Below, piece by piece: positions 13,101-28,600 of a stretch of DNA of 64,000 bases. The DNA is from Auanema rhodensis (lineage: Eukaryota; Animalia; Nematoda). The position numbers and the translations under genes are program-made. The stretch covers positions 20,956,001 through 21,020,000 of the forward strand of contig OZ059897.1 in the NCBI GenBank assembly GCA_964057225.1, in the 5' to 3' direction. Position 1 is the stretch's first letter. Each line of letters starts with the position of its first letter. Under the pieces are notes generated by a model. It worked only from the letters and a program-made list of their open reading frames with translations. It was not told the origin of the DNA and made no database searches.

Positions 13101-16100
13101 AATTAGTTATGATCGTTTGAAAAATGATGCATTAGTGTATGTTGAGTTTCCATGTACACTTAACATTGCTTCCAAAAACATTTTGACAAAAATTTTTTCG
13201 AAAAATTTCAAAATAATTTAGCAAAAAGTAGATGTTTTTAGATTCCTTTTTTCAAGGCAAAGACGATGGACAATGTTATTCAACGAAAAAATTAATTCTT
13301 CAGGGTGAAAATCGAGGATATAAGTGTGAACTTATATCAGTTGATATCTCGGTGCATTTTTAAGCTAGCGCAAATCTGATAACACAGATCGACGCAGCTT
13401 AAAAATCCGCATCGAATGCACTATACTACATTAAGAAACGCTTGATACAAAAATTAGTTATGATCGTTTGAAAAATGATGCATTAGTGTATGTTGAGTTT
13501 CCATGTACACTCAACATTGCTTCCAAAAACATTTTGACAAAAATTTTTTCGAAAAATTTCAAAATAATTTAGCAAAAAGTAGATGTTTTTAGATTCCATT
13601 TTTCAAGGCAAAGACGATAGACAATGTTATTCAACGAAAAAATTAATTCTTCAGGGTGAAAATCGAGGATATAAGTGTGAACTTATATCAGTTGATATCT
13701 CGGTGCATTTTTAAGCTAGCGCAAATCTGATAACACAGATCGACGCAGCTTAAAAATCCGCATCGAATGCACTATATTACATTGAGAAACACTTGATACA
13801 AAAATTAGTTATGATCGTTTGAAAAATGATGCATTAGTGTATGTTGAGTTTCCATGTACACTCAACATTGCTTCCAAAAACATTTTGACAAAAATTTTTT
13901 CGAAAAATTTCAAAATAATTTAGCAAAAAGTAGATGTTTTAAGATTCCAATTTTCAAGGCAAAGACGATGGACAATGTTATTCAACGAAAAAATTAATTC
14001 TTCAGGGTGAAAATCGAGGATATAAGTGTGAACTTATATCAGTTGATATCTCGGTGCATTTTTAAGCTAGCGCAAATCTGATAACACAGATCGACGCAGC
14101 TTAAAAATCCGCATCGAATGCACTATATTACATTGAGAAACACTTGATACAAAAATTAGTTATGATCGTTTGAAAAATGATGCATTAGTGTATGTTGAGT
14201 TTCCATGTACACTCAACATTGCTTCCAAAAACATTTTGACAAAAATTTTTTCGAAAAATTTCAAAATAATTTAGCAAAAAGTAGATGTTTTAAGATTCCA
14301 TTTTTCAAGGCAAAGACGATGGACAATGTTATTCAACGAAAAAATTAATTCTTCAGGGTGAAAATCGAGGATATAAGTGTGAACTTATATCAGTTGATAT
14401 CTCGGTGCATTTTTAAGCTAGCGCAAATCTGATAACACAGATCGACGCAGCTTAAAAATCCGCATCGAATGCACTATACTACATTAAGAAACGCTTGATA
14501 CAAAAATTAGTTATGATCGTTTGAAAAATGATGCATTAGTGTATGTTGAGTTTCCATGTACACTCAACATTGCTTCCAAAAACATTTTGACAAAAATTTT
14601 TTCGAAAAATTTCAAAATAATTTAGCAAAAAGTAGATGTTTTTAGATTCCATTTTTCAAGGCAAAGACGATAGACAATGTTATTCAACGAAAAAATTAAT
14701 TCTTCAGGGTGAAAATCGAGGATATAAGTGTGAACTTATATCAGTTGATATCTCGGTGCATTTTTAAGCTAGCGCAAATCTGATAACACAGATCGACGCA
14801 GCTTAAAAATCCGCATCGAATGCACTATATTACATTGAGAAACACTTAATACAAAAATTAGTTATGATCGTTTGAAAAATGATGCATTAGTGTATGTTGA
14901 GTTTCCATGTACACTCAACATTGCTTCCAAAAACATTTTGACAAAAATTTTTTCGAAAAATTTCAAAATAATTTAGCAAAAAGTAGATGTTTTTAGATTC
15001 CATTTTTCAAGGCAAAGACGATGGACAATGTTATTCAACGAAAAAATTGATTCTTCAGGGTGAAAATCGAGGATATAAGTGTGAACTTATATCAGTTGAT
15101 ATCTCGGTGCATTTTTAAGCTACGCAAATCTGATAACACAGATCGACCCAGCTTAAAAATCCGCATCGAATGCACTATACTACATTGAGAAAAGCTTAAT
15201 ACAAAAATTAGTTATGATCGTTTGAAAAATGATGCATTAGTGTATGTTGAGTTTCCATGTACACTCAACATTGCTTCCAAAAACATTTTGACAAAAATTT
15301 TTTCGAAAAATTTCAAAATAATTTAGCAAAAAGTAGATGTTTTAAGATTCCATTTTTCAAGGCAAAGACGATGGACAATGTTATTCAACGAAAAAATTAA
15401 TTCTTCAGGGTGAAAATCGAGGATATAAGTGTGAACTTATATCAGTTGATATCTCGGTGCATTTTTAAGCTAGCGCAAATCTGATAACACAGATCGACGC
15501 AGCTTAAAAATCCGCATCGAATGCACTATACTACATTGAGAAACGCTTAATACAAAAATTAGTTATGATCGTTTGAAAAATGATGCATTAGTGTATGTTG
15601 AGTTTCCATGTACACTCAACATTGCTTCCAAAAACATTTTGACAAAAATTTTTTCGAAAAATTTCAAAATAATTTAGCAAAAAGTAGATGTTTTTAGATT
15701 CCATTTTTCAAGGCAAAGACGATAGACAATGTTATTCAACGAAAAAATTAATTCTTCAGGCTGAAAATCGAGGATATAAGTGTGAACTTATATCAGTTGA
15801 TATCTCGGTGCATTTTTAAGCTAGCGCAAATCTGATAACACAGATCGACGCAGCTTAAAAATCCGCATCGAATGCACTATACTACATTGAGAAACGCTTA
15901 ATACAAAAATTAGTTATGATCGTTTGAAAAATGATGCATTAGTGTATGTTGAGTTTCCATGTACACTCAACATTGCTTCCAAAAACATTTTGACAAAAAT
16001 TTTTTCGAAAAATTTCAAAATAATTTACCAAAAAGTAGATGTTTTTAGATTCCATTTTTCAAGGCAAAGACGATAGACAATGTTATTCAACGAAAAAGTT

Positions 16101-19100
16101 AATTCTTCAGGGTGAAAATCGAGGATATAAGTGTGAACTTATATCAGTTGATATCTCGGTGCATTTTTAAGCTAGCGCAAATCTGATAACACAGCTCTAC
16201 GCAGCTTAAAAATCCGCATCGAATGCACTATATTACATTGAGAAACACTTGATACAAAAATTAGTTATGATCGTTTGAAAAATGATGCATTAGTGTATGT
16301 TGAGTTTCCATGTACACTCAACATTGCTTCCAAAAACATTTTGACAAAAATTTTTTCGAAAAATTTCAAAATAATTTAGCAAAAAGTAAATGTTTTAAGA
16401 TTCCATTTTTCAAGGCAAAGACGATGGACAATGTTATTCAACGAAAAAATTAATTCTTCAGGGTGAAAATCGAGGATATAAGTGTGAACTTATATCAGTT
16501 GATATCTCGGTGCATTTTTAAGCTAGCGCAAATCTGATAACACAGATCGACGCAGCTTAAAAATCCGGATCGAATGCACTATACTACATTGAGAAACGCT
16601 TAATACAAAAATTAGTTATGATCGTTTGAAAAATGATGCATTAGTGTATGTTGAGTTTCCATGTACACTCAACATTGCTTCCAAAAACATTTTGACAAAA
16701 ATTTTTTCGAAAAATTTCAAAATAATTTAGCAAAAAGTAGATGTTTTTAGATTCCATTTTTCAAGGCAAAGACGATACACAATGTTATTCAACGAAAAAG
16801 TTAATTCTTCAGGGTGAAAATCGAGGATATAAGTGTGAACTTATATCAGTTGATATCTCGGTGCATTTTTAAGCTAGCGCAAATCTGATAACACAGATCG
16901 ACGCAGCTTAAAAATCCGCATCGAATGCACTATACTACATTGAAAAACGCTTAATACAAAAATTAGTTATGATCGTTTGAAAAATGATGCATTAGTGTAT
17001 GTTGAGTTTCCATGTACACTCAACATTGCTTCCAAAAACATTTTGACAAAAATTTTTTCGAAAAATTTCAAAATAATTTAGCAAAAAGTAGATGTTTTTA
17101 GATTCGATTTTTCAAGGCAAAGACGATGGACAATGTTATTCAACGAAAAAATTAATTCTTCAGGGTGAAAATCGAGGATATAAGTGTGAACTTATATCAG
17201 TTGATATCTCGGTGCATTTTTAAGCTAGCGCAAATCTGATAACACAGATCGACGCAGCTTAAAAATCCGCATCGAATGCACTATACTACATTGAGAAAAG
17301 CTTAATACAAAAATTAGTTATGATCGTTTGAAAAATGATGCATTAGTGTATGTTGAGTTTCCATGTACACTCAACATTGCTTCCAAAAACATTTTGACAA
17401 AAATTTTTTCGAAAAATTTCAAAATAATTTAGCAAAAAGTAGATGTTTTTAGATTCCTTTTTTCAAGGCAAAGACGATGGACAATGTTATTCAACGAAAA
17501 AATTATTTCTTCAGGGTGAAAATCGAGGATATAAGTGTGAACTTATATCAGTTGATATCTCGGTGCATTTTTGAGCTAGCGCAAATCTGATAACACAGAT
17601 CGACGCAGCTTAAAAATCCGCATCGAATGCACTATACTACATTGAAAAACGCTTGATACAAAAATTAGTTATGATCGTTTGAAAAATGATGCATTAGTGT
17701 ATGTTGAGTTTCCATGTACACTCAACATTGCTTCCAAAAACATTTTGACAAAAATTTTTTCGAAAAATTTCAAAATAATTTAGCAAAAAGTAGATGTTTT
17801 TAGATTCCTTTTTTCAAGGCAAAGACGATAGACAATGTTATTCAACGAAAAAGTTAATTCTTCAGGGTGAAAATCGAGGATATAAGTGTGAACTTATATC
17901 AGTTGATATCTCGGTGCATTTTTAAGCTAGCGCAAATCTGATAACACAGATCTACGCAGCTTAAAAATCCGCATCGAATGCACTATATTACATTGAGAAA
18001 CACTTGATACAAAAATTAGTTATGATCGTTTGAAAAATGATGCATTAGTGTATGTTGAGTTTCCATGTACACTCAACATTGCTTCCAAAAACATTTTGAC
18101 AAAAATTTTTTCGAAAAATTTCAAAATAATTTAGCAAAAAGTAGATGTTTTTAGATTCCTTTTTTCAAGGCAAAGACGATGGACAATGTTATTCAACGAA
18201 AAAATTATTTCTTCAGGGTGAAAATCGAGGATATAAGTGTGAACTTATATCAGTTGATATCTCGGTGCATTTTTAAGCTAGCGCAAATCTGATAACACAG
18301 ATCGACGCAGCTTAAAAATCCGCATCGAATGCACTATACTACATTGAAAAACGCTTGATACAAAAATTAGTTATGATCGTTTGAAAAATGATGCATTAGT
18401 GTATGTTGAGTTTCCATGTACACTCAACATTGCTTCCAAAAACATTTTGACAAAAATTTTTTCGAAAAATTTCAAAATAATTTAGCAAAAAGTAGATGTT
18501 TTTAGATTCCTTTTTTCAAGGCAAAGACGATGGACAATGTTATTCAACGAAAAAATTATTTCTTCAGGGTGAAAATCGAGGATATAAGAGTGAACTTATA
18601 TCAGTTGATATCTCGGTGCATTTTTAAGCTAGCGCAAATCTGATAACACAGATCGACGCAGCTTAAAAATCCGCATCGAATGCACTATACTACATTGAGA
18701 AACGCTTAATACAAAAATTAGTTATGATCGTTTGAAAAATGATGCATTAGTGTATGTTGAGTTTCCATGTACACTCAACATTGCTTCCAAAAACATTTTG
18801 ACAAAAATTTTTTCGAAAAATTTCAAAATAATTTAGCAAAAAGTAGATGTTTTTAGATTCCATTTTTCAAGGCAAAGACGATAGACAATGTTATTCAACG
18901 AAAAAGTTAATTCTTCAGGGTGAAAATCGAGGATATAAGTGTGAACTTATATCAGTTGATATCTCGGTGCATTTTTAAGCTAGCGCAAATCTGATAACAC
19001 AGATCTACGCAGCTTAAAAATCCGCATCGAATGCACTATATTACATTGAGAAACACTTGATACAAAAATTAGTTATGATCGTTTGAAAAATGATGCATTA

Positions 19101-22100
19101 GTGTATGTTGAGTTTCCATGTACACTCAACATTGCTTCCAAAAACATTTTGACAAAAATTTTTTCGAAAAATTTCAAAATAATTTAGCAAAAAGTAAATG
19201 TTTTAAGATTCCATTTTTCAAGGCAAAGACGATGGACAATGTTATTCAACGAAAAAATTAATTCTTCAGGGTGAAAATCGAGGATATAAGTGTGAACTTA
19301 TATCAGTTGATATCTCGGTGCATTTTTAAGCTAGCGCAAATCTGATAACACAGATCGACGCAGCTTAAAAATCCGGATCGAATGCACTATACTACATTGA
19401 GAAACGCTTAATACAAAAATTAGTTATGATCGTTTGAAAAATGATGCATTAGTGTATGTTGAGTTTCCATGTACACTCAACATTGCTTCCAAAAACATTT
19501 TGACAAAAATTTTTTCGAAAAATTTCAAAATAATTTAGCAAAAAGTAGATGTTTTTAGATTCCATTTTTCAAGGCAAAGACGATACACAATGTTATTCAA
19601 CGAAAAAGTTAATTCTTCAGGGTGAAAATCGAGGATATAAGTGTGAACTTATATCAGTTGATATCTCGGTGCATTTTTAAGCTAGCGCAAATCTGATAAC
19701 ACAGATCGACGCAGCTTAAAAATCCGCATCGAATGCACTATACTACATTGAGAAAAGCTTAATACAAAAATTAGTTATGATCGTTTGAAAAATGATGCAT
19801 TAGTGTATGTTGAGTTTCCATGTACACTCAACATTGCTTCCAAAAACATTTTGACAAAAATTTTTTCGAAAAATTTCAAAATAATTTAGCAAAAAGTAGA
19901 TGTTTTTAGATTCCATTTTTCAAGGCAAAGACGATAGACAATGTTATTCAACGAAAAAGTTAATTCTTCAGGGTGAAAATCGAGGATATAAGTGTGAACT
20001 TATATCAGTTGATATCTCGGTGCAATTTTAAGCTAGCGCAAATCTGATAACACAGATCTACGCAGCTTAAAAATCCGCATCGAATGCACTATATTACATT
20101 GAGAAACACTTGATACAAAAATTAGTTATGATCGTTTGAAAAATGATGCATTAGTGTATGTTGAGTTTCCATGTACACTCAACATTGCTTCCAAAAACAT
20201 TTTGACAAAAATTTTTTCGAAAAATTTCAAAATAATTTAGCAAAAAGTAAATGTTTTAAGATTCCATTTTTCAAGGCAAAGACGATGGACAATGTTATTC
20301 AACGAAAAAATTAATTCTTCAGGGTGAAAATCGAGGATATAAGTGTGAACTTATATCAGTTGATATCTCGGTGCATTTTTAAGCTAGCGCAAATCTGATA
20401 ACACAGATCGACGCAGCTTAAAAATCCGGATCGAATGCACTATACTACATTGAGAAACGCTTAATACAAAAATTAGTTATGATCGTTTGAAAAATGATGC
20501 ATTAGTGTATGTTGAGTTTCCATGTACACTCAACATTGCTTCCAAAAACATTTTGACAAAAATTTTTTCGAAAAATTTCAAAATAATTTAGCAAAAAGTA
20601 GATGTTTTTAGATTCCATTTTTCAAGGCAAAGACGATACACAATGTTATTCAACGAAAAAGTTAATTCTTCAGGGTGAAAATCGAGGATATAAGTGTGAA
20701 CTTATATCAGTTGATATCTCGGTGCATTTTTAAGCTAGCGCAAATCTGATAACACAGATCGACGCAGCTTAAAAATCCGCATCGAATGCACTATACTACA
20801 TTGAGAAAAGCTTAATACAAAAATTAGTTATGATCGTTTGAAAAATGATGCATTAGTGTATGTTGAGTTTCCATGTACACTCAACATTGCTTCCAAAAAC
20901 ATTTTGACAAAAATTTTTTCGAAAAATTTCAAAATAATTTAGCAAAAAGTAGATGTTTTTAGATTCCATTTTTCAAGGCAAAGACGATAGACAATGTTAT
21001 TCAACGAAAAAGTTAATTCTTCAGGGTGAAAATCGAGGATATAAGTGTGAACTTATATCAGTTGATATCTCGGTGCAATTTTAAGCTAGCGCAAATCTGA
21101 TAACACAGATCTACGCAGCTTAAAAATCCGCATCGAATGCACTATATTACATTGAGAAACACTTGATACAAAAATTAGTTATGATCGTTTGAAAAATGAT
21201 GCATTAGTGTATGTTGAGTTTCCATGTACACTCAACATTGCTTCCAAAAACATTTTGACAAAAATTTTTTCGAAAAATTTCAAAATAATTTAGCAAAAAG
21301 TAAATGTTTTAAGATTCCATTTTTCAAGGCAAAGACGATGGACAATGTTATTCAACGAAAAAATTAATTCTTCAGGGTGAAAATCGAGGATATAAGTGTG
21401 AACTTATATCAGTTGATATCTCGGTGCATTTTTAAGCTAGCGCAAATCTGATAACACAGATCGACGCAGCTTAAAAATCCGGATCGAATGCACTATACTA
21501 CATTGAGAAACGCTTAATACAAAAATTAGTTATGATCGTTTGAAAAATGATGCATTAGTGTATGTTGAGTTTCCATGTACACTCAACATTGCTTCCAAAA
21601 ACATTTTGACAAAAATTTTTTCGAAAAATTTCAAAATAATTTAGCAAAAAGTAGATGTTTTTAGATTCCATTTTTCAAGGCAAAGACGATACACAATGTT
21701 ATTCAACGAAAAAGTTAATTCTTCAGGGTGAAAATCGAGGATATAAGTGTGAACTTATATCAGTTGATATCTCGGTGCATTTTTAAGCTAGCGCAAATCT
21801 GATAACACAGATCGACGCAGCTTAAAAATCCGCATCGAATGCACTATACTACATTGAAAAACGCTTAATACAAAAATTAGTTATGATCGTTTGAAAAATG
21901 ATGCATTAGTGTATGTTGAGTTTCCATGTACACTCAACATTGCTTCCAAAAACATTTTGACAAAAATTTTTTCGAAAAATTTCAAAATAATTTAGCAAAA
22001 AGTAGATGTTTTTAGATTCCTTTTTTCAAGGCAAAGACGATGGACAATGTTATTCAACGAAAAAATTATTTCTTCAGGGTGAAAATCGAGGATATAAGTG

Positions 22101-25100
22101 TGAACTTATATCAGTTGATATCTCGGTGCATTTTTAAGCTAGCGCAAATCTGATAACACAGATCGACGCAGCTTAAAAATCCGCATCGAATGCACTATAC
22201 TACATTGAAAAACGCTTGATACAAAAATTAGTTATGATCGTTTGAAAAATGATGCATTAGTGTATGTTGAGTTTCCATGTACACTCAACATTGCTTCCAA
22301 AAACATTTTGACAAAAATTTTTTCGAAAAATTTCAAAATAATTTAGCAAAAAGTAGATGTTTTTAGATTCCTTTTTTCAAAGCAAAGACGATGGACAATG
22401 TTATTCAACGAAAAAATTATTTCTTCAGGGTGAAAATCGAGGATATAAGAGTGAACTTATATCAGTTGATATCTCGGTGCATTTTTAAGCTAGCGCAAAT
22501 CTGATAACACAGATCGACGCAGCTTAAAAATCCGCATCGAATGCACTATACTACATTGAGAAACGCTTAATACAAAAATTAGTTATGATCGTTTGAAAAA
22601 TGATGCATTAGTGTATGTTGAGTTTCCATGTACACTCAACATTGCTTCCAAAAACATTTTGACAAAAATTTTTTCGAAAAATTTCAAAATAATTTAGCAA
22701 AAAGTAGATGTTTTTAGATTCCTTTTTTCAAGGCAAAGACGATGGACAATGTTATTCAACGAAAAAATTATTTCTTCAGGGTGAAAATCGAGGATATAAG
22801 TGTGAACTTATATCAGTTGATATCTCGGTGCATTTTTAAGCTAGCGCAAATCTGATAAATCAGATCGACGCAGCTTAAAAATCCGCATCGAATGCACTAT
22901 ATTACATTGAGAAACACTTGATACAAAAATTAGTTATGATCGTTTGAAAAATGATGCATTAGTGTATGTTGAGTTTCCATGTACACTCAACATTGCTTCC
23001 AAAAACATTTTGACAAAAATTTTTTCGAAAAATTTCAAAATAATTTAGCAAAAAGTAGATGTTTTAAGATTCCATTTTTCAAGGCAAAGACGATGGACAA
23101 TGTTATTCAACGAAAAAATTAATTCTTCAGGGTGAAAATCGAGGATATAAGTGTGAACTTATATCAGTTGATATCTCGGTGCATTTTTAAGCTAGCGCAA
23201 ATCTGATAACACAGATCGACGCAGCTTAAAAATCCGCATCGAATGCACTATATTACATTGAGAAACACTTGATACAAAAATTAGTTATGATCGTTTGAAA
23301 AATGATGCATTAGTGTATGTTGAGTTTCCATGTACACTCAACATTGCTTCCAAAAACATTTTGACAAAAATTTTTTCGAAAAATTTCAAAATAATTTAGC
23401 AAAAAGTAGATGTTTTAAGATTCCATTTTTCAAGGCTAAGACGATGGACAATGTTATTCAACGAAAAAATTAATTCTTCAGGGTGAAAATCGAGGATATA
23501 AGTGTGAACTTATATCAGTTGATATCTCGGTGCATTTTTAAGCTAGCTCAAATCTGATAACACAGATCGACGCAGCTTAAAAATCCGCATCGAATGCACT
23601 ATACTACATTGAGAAACGCTTAATACAAAAATTAGTTATGATCGTTTGAAAAATGATGCATTAGTGTATGTTGAGTTTCCATGTACACTCAACATTGCTT
23701 CCAAAAACATTTTGACAAAAATTTTTTCGAAAAATTTCAAAATAATTTAGCAAAAAGTAGATGTTTTTAGATTCCATTTTTCAAGGCAAAGACGATAGAC
23801 AATGTTATTCAACGAAAAAATTAATTCTTCAGGGTGAAAATCGAGGATATAAGTGTGAACTTATATCAGTTGATATCTCGGTGCATTTTTAAGCTAGCGC
23901 AAATCTGATAACACAGATCGACGCAGCTTAAAAATCCGCATCGAATGCACTATACTACATTGAGAAACGCTTAATACAAAAATTAGTTATGATCGTTTGA
24001 AAAATGATGCATTAGTGTATGTTGAGTTTCCATGTACACTCAACATTGCTTCCAAAAACATTTTGACAAAAATTTTTTCGAAAAATTTCAAAATAATTTA
24101 CCAAAAAGTAGATGTTTTTAGATTCCATTTTTCAAGGCAAAGACGATAGACAATGTTATTCAACGAAAAAGTTAATTCTTCAGGGTGAAAATCGAGGATA
24201 TAAGTGTGAACTTATATCAGTTGATATCTCGGTGCATTTTTAAGCTAGCGCAAATCTGATAACACAGATCTACGCAGCTTAAAAATCCGCATCGAATGCA
24301 CTATATTACATTGAGAAACACTTGATACAAAAATTAGTTATGATCGTTTGAAAAATGATGCATTAGTGTATGTTGAGTTTCCATGTACACTCAACATTGC
24401 TTCCAAAAACATTTTGACAAAAATTTTTTCGAAAAATTTCAAAATAATTTAGCAAAAAGTAAATGTTTTAAGATTCCATTTTTCAAGGCAAAGACGATGG
24501 ACAATGTTATTCAACGAAAAAATTAATTCTTCAGGGTGAAAATCGAGGATATAAGTGTGAACTTATATCAGTTGATATCTCGGTGCATTTTTAAGCTAGC
24601 GCAAATCTGATAACACAGATCGACGCAGCTTAAAAATCCGCATCGAATGCACTATACTACATTGAGAAACACTTGATACAAAAATTAGTTATGATCGTTT
24701 GAAAAATGATGCATTAGTGTATGTTGAGTTTCCATGTACACTCAACATTGCTTCCAAAAACATTTTGACAAAAATTTTTTCGAAAAATTTCAAAATAATT
24801 TAGCAAAAAGTAGATGTTTTAAGATTCCATTTTTCAAGGCAAAGACGATGGACAATGTTATTCAACGAAAAAATTAATTCTTCAGGGTGAAAATCGAGGA
24901 TATAAGTGTGAACTTATATCAGTTGATATCTCGGTGCATTTTTAAGCTAGCTCAAATCTGATAACACAGATCGACGCAGCTTAAAAATCCGCATCGAATG
25001 CACTATACTACATTAAGAAACGCTTGATACAAAAATTAGTTATGATCGTTTGAAAAATGATGCATTAGTGTATGTTGAGTTTCCATGTACACTCAACATT

Positions 25101-25620
25101 GCTTCCAAAAACATTTTGACAAAAATTTTTTCGAAAAATTTCAAAATAATTTAGCAAAAAGTAGATGTTTTTAGATTCCATTTTTCAAGGCAAAGACGAT
25201 AGACAATGTTATTCAACGAAAAAATTAATTCTTCAGGGTGAAAATCGAGGATATAAGTGTGAACTTATATCAGTTGATATCTCGGTGCATTTTTAAGCTA
25301 GCGCAAATCTGATAACACAGATCGACGCAGCTTAAAAATCCGCATCGAATGCACTATATTACATTGAGAAACACTTGATACAAAAATTAGTTATGATCGT
25401 TTGAAAAATGATGCATTAGTGTATGTTGAGTTTCCATGTACACTCAACATTGCTTCCAAAAACATTTTGACAAAAATTTTTTCGAAAAATTTCAAAATAA
25501 TTTAGCAAAAAGTAGATGTTTTAAGATTCCATTTTTCAAGGCAAAGACGATGGACAATGTTATTCAACGAAAAAATTAATTCTTCAGGGTGAAAATCGAG
25601 GATATAAGTGTGAACTTATA
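10179..25620. repeat. Copy 1 of ~36.1-kb-offset macro-duplication (right end approximate)
   Basis: An ordered series of rare variants is shared with 46318 onward at an offset of about 36140 (103 monomers). See findings. Confidence 0.85.
18952..21759. repeat. 3-monomer (1053-bp) higher-order repeat, about 2.7 copies
   Basis: GATACAC variant at 19586/20639/21692 and GTGCAATTT variant at 20025/21078, all spaced 1053 bp. Confidence 0.88.
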
Positions 25621-28600
25621 TCAGTTGATATCTCGGTGCATTTTTAAGCTAGCGCAAATCTGATAACACAGATCGACGCAGCTTAAAAATCCGCATCGAA
25701 TGCACTATACTACATTGAGAAACACTTGATACAAAAATTAGTTATGATCGTTTGAAAAATGATGCATTAGTGTATGTTGAGTTTCCATGTACACTCAACA
25801 TTGCTTCCAAAAACATTTTGACAAAAATTTTTTCGAAAAATTTCAAAATAATTTAGCAAAAAGTAGATGTTTTTAGATTCCATTTTTCAAGGCAAAGACG
25901 ATAGACAATGTTATTCAACGAAAAAATTAATTCTTCAGGGTGAAAATCGAGGATATAAGTGTGAACTTATATCAGTTGATATCTCGGTGCATTTTTAAGC
26001 TAGCGCAAATCTGATAACACAGATCGACGCAGCTTAAAAATCCGCATCGAATGCACTATACTACATTGAGAAACGCTTAATACAAAAATTAGTTATGATC
26101 GTTTGAAAAATGATGCATTAGTGTATGTTGAGTTTCCATGTACACTCAACATTGCTTCCAAAAACATTTTGACAAAAATTTTTTCGAAAAATTTCAAAAT
26201 AATTTACCAAAAAGTAGATGTTTTTAGATTCCATTTTTCAAGGCAAAGACGATAGACAATGTTATTCAACGAAAAAGTTAATTCTTCAGGGTGAAAATCG
26301 AGGATATAAGTGTGAACTTATATCAGTTGATATCTCGGTGCATTTTTAAGCTAGCGCAAATCTGATAACACAGATCTACGCAGCTTAAAAATCCGCATCG
26401 AATGCACTATATTACATTGAGAAACACTTGATACAAAAATTAGTTATGATCGTTTGAAAAATGATGCATTAGTGTATGTTGAGTTTCCATGTACACTCAA
26501 CATTGCTTCCAAAAACATTTTGACAAAAATTTTTTCGAAAAATTTCAAAATAATTTAGCAAAAAGTAAATGTTTTAAGATTCCATTTTTCAAGGCAAAGA
26601 CGATGGACAATGTTATTCAACGAAAAAATTAATTCTTCAGGGTGAAAATCGAGGATATAAGTGTGAACTTATATCAGTTGATATCTCGGTGCATTTTTAA
26701 GCTAGCGCAAATCTGATAACACAGATCGACGCAGCTTAAAAATCCGCATCGAATGCACTATACTACATTGAGAAACACTTGATACAAAAATTAGTTATGA
26801 TCGTTTGAAAAATGATGCATTAGTGTATGTTGAGTTTCCATGTACACTCAACATTGCTTCCAAAAACATTTTGACAAAAATTTTTTCGAAAAATTTCAAA
26901 ATAATTTAGCAAAAAGTAGATGTTTTTAGATTCCATTTTTCAAGGCAAAGACGATAGACAATGTTATTCAACGAAAAAATTAATTCTTCAGGGTGAAAAT
27001 CGAGGATATAAGTGTGAACTTATATCAGTTGATATCTCGGTGCATTTTTAAGCTAGCGCAAATCTGATAACACAGATCGACGCAGCTTAAAAATCCGCAT
27101 CGAATGCACTATACTACATTGAGAAACGCTTAATACAAAAATTAGTTATGATCGTTTGAAAAATGATGCATTAGTGTATGTTGAGTTTCCATGTACACTC
27201 AACATTGCTTCCAAAAACATTTTGACAAAAATTTTTTCGAAAAATTTCAAAATAATTTACCAAAAAGTAGATGTTTTTAGATTCCATTTTTCAAGGCAAA
27301 GACGATAGACAATGTTATTCAACGAAAAAGTTAATTCTTCAGGGTGAAAATCGAGGATATAAGTGTGAACTTATATCAGTTGATATCTCGGTGCATTTTT
27401 AAGCTAGCGCAAATCTGATAACACAGATCTACGCAGCTTAAAAATCCGCATCGAATGCACTATATTACATTGAGAAACACTTGATACAAAAATTAGTTAT
27501 GATCGTTTGAAAAATGATGCATTAGTGTATGTTGAGTTTCCATGTACACTCAACATTGCTTCCAAAAACATTTTGACAAAAATTTTTTCGAAAAATTTCA
27601 AAATAATTTAGCAAAAAGTAAATGTTTTAAGATTCCATTTTTCAAGGCAAAGACGATGGACAATGTTATTCAACGAAAAAATTAATTCTTCAGGGTGAAA
27701 ATCGAGGATATAAGTGTGAACTTATATCAGTTGATATCTCGGTGCATTTTTAAGCTAGCGCAAATCTGATAACACAGATCGACGCAGCTTAAAAATCCGC
27801 ATCGAATGCACTATACTACATTGAGAAACACTTGATACAAAAATTAGTTATGATCGTTTGAAAAATGATGCATTAGTGTATGTTGAGTTTCCATGTACAC
27901 TCAACATTGCTTCCAAAAACATTTTGACAAAAATTTTTTCGAAAAATTTCAAAATAATTTAGCAAAAAGTAGATGTTTTAAGATTCCATTTTTCAAGGCA
28001 AAGACGATGGACAATGTTATTCAACGAAAAAATTAATTCTTCAGGGTGAAAATCGAGGATATAAGTGTGAACTTATATCAGTTGATATCTCGGTGCATTT
28101 TTAAGCTAGCGCAAATCTGATAACACAGATCGACGCAGCTTAAAAATCCGCATCGAATGCACTATATTACATTGAGAAACACTTGATACAAAAATTAGTT
28201 ATGATCGTTTGAAAAATGATGCATTAGTGTATGTTGAGTTTCCATGTACACTCAACATTGCTTCCAAAAACATTTTGACAAAAATTTTTTCGAAAAATTT
28301 CAAAATAATTTAGCAAAAAGTAGATGTTTTAAGATTCCATTTTTCAAGGCTAAGACGATGGACAATGTTATTCAACGAAAAAATTAATTCTTCAGGGTGA
28401 AAATCGAGGATATAAGTGTGAACTTATATCAGTTGATATCTCGGTGCATTTTTAAGCTAGCTCAAATCTGATAACACAGATCGACGCAGCTTAAAAATCC
28501 GCATCGAATGCACTATACTACATTGAGAAACGCTTAATACAAAAATTAGTTATGATCGTTTGAAAAATGATGCATTAGTGTATGTTGAGTTTCCATGTAC

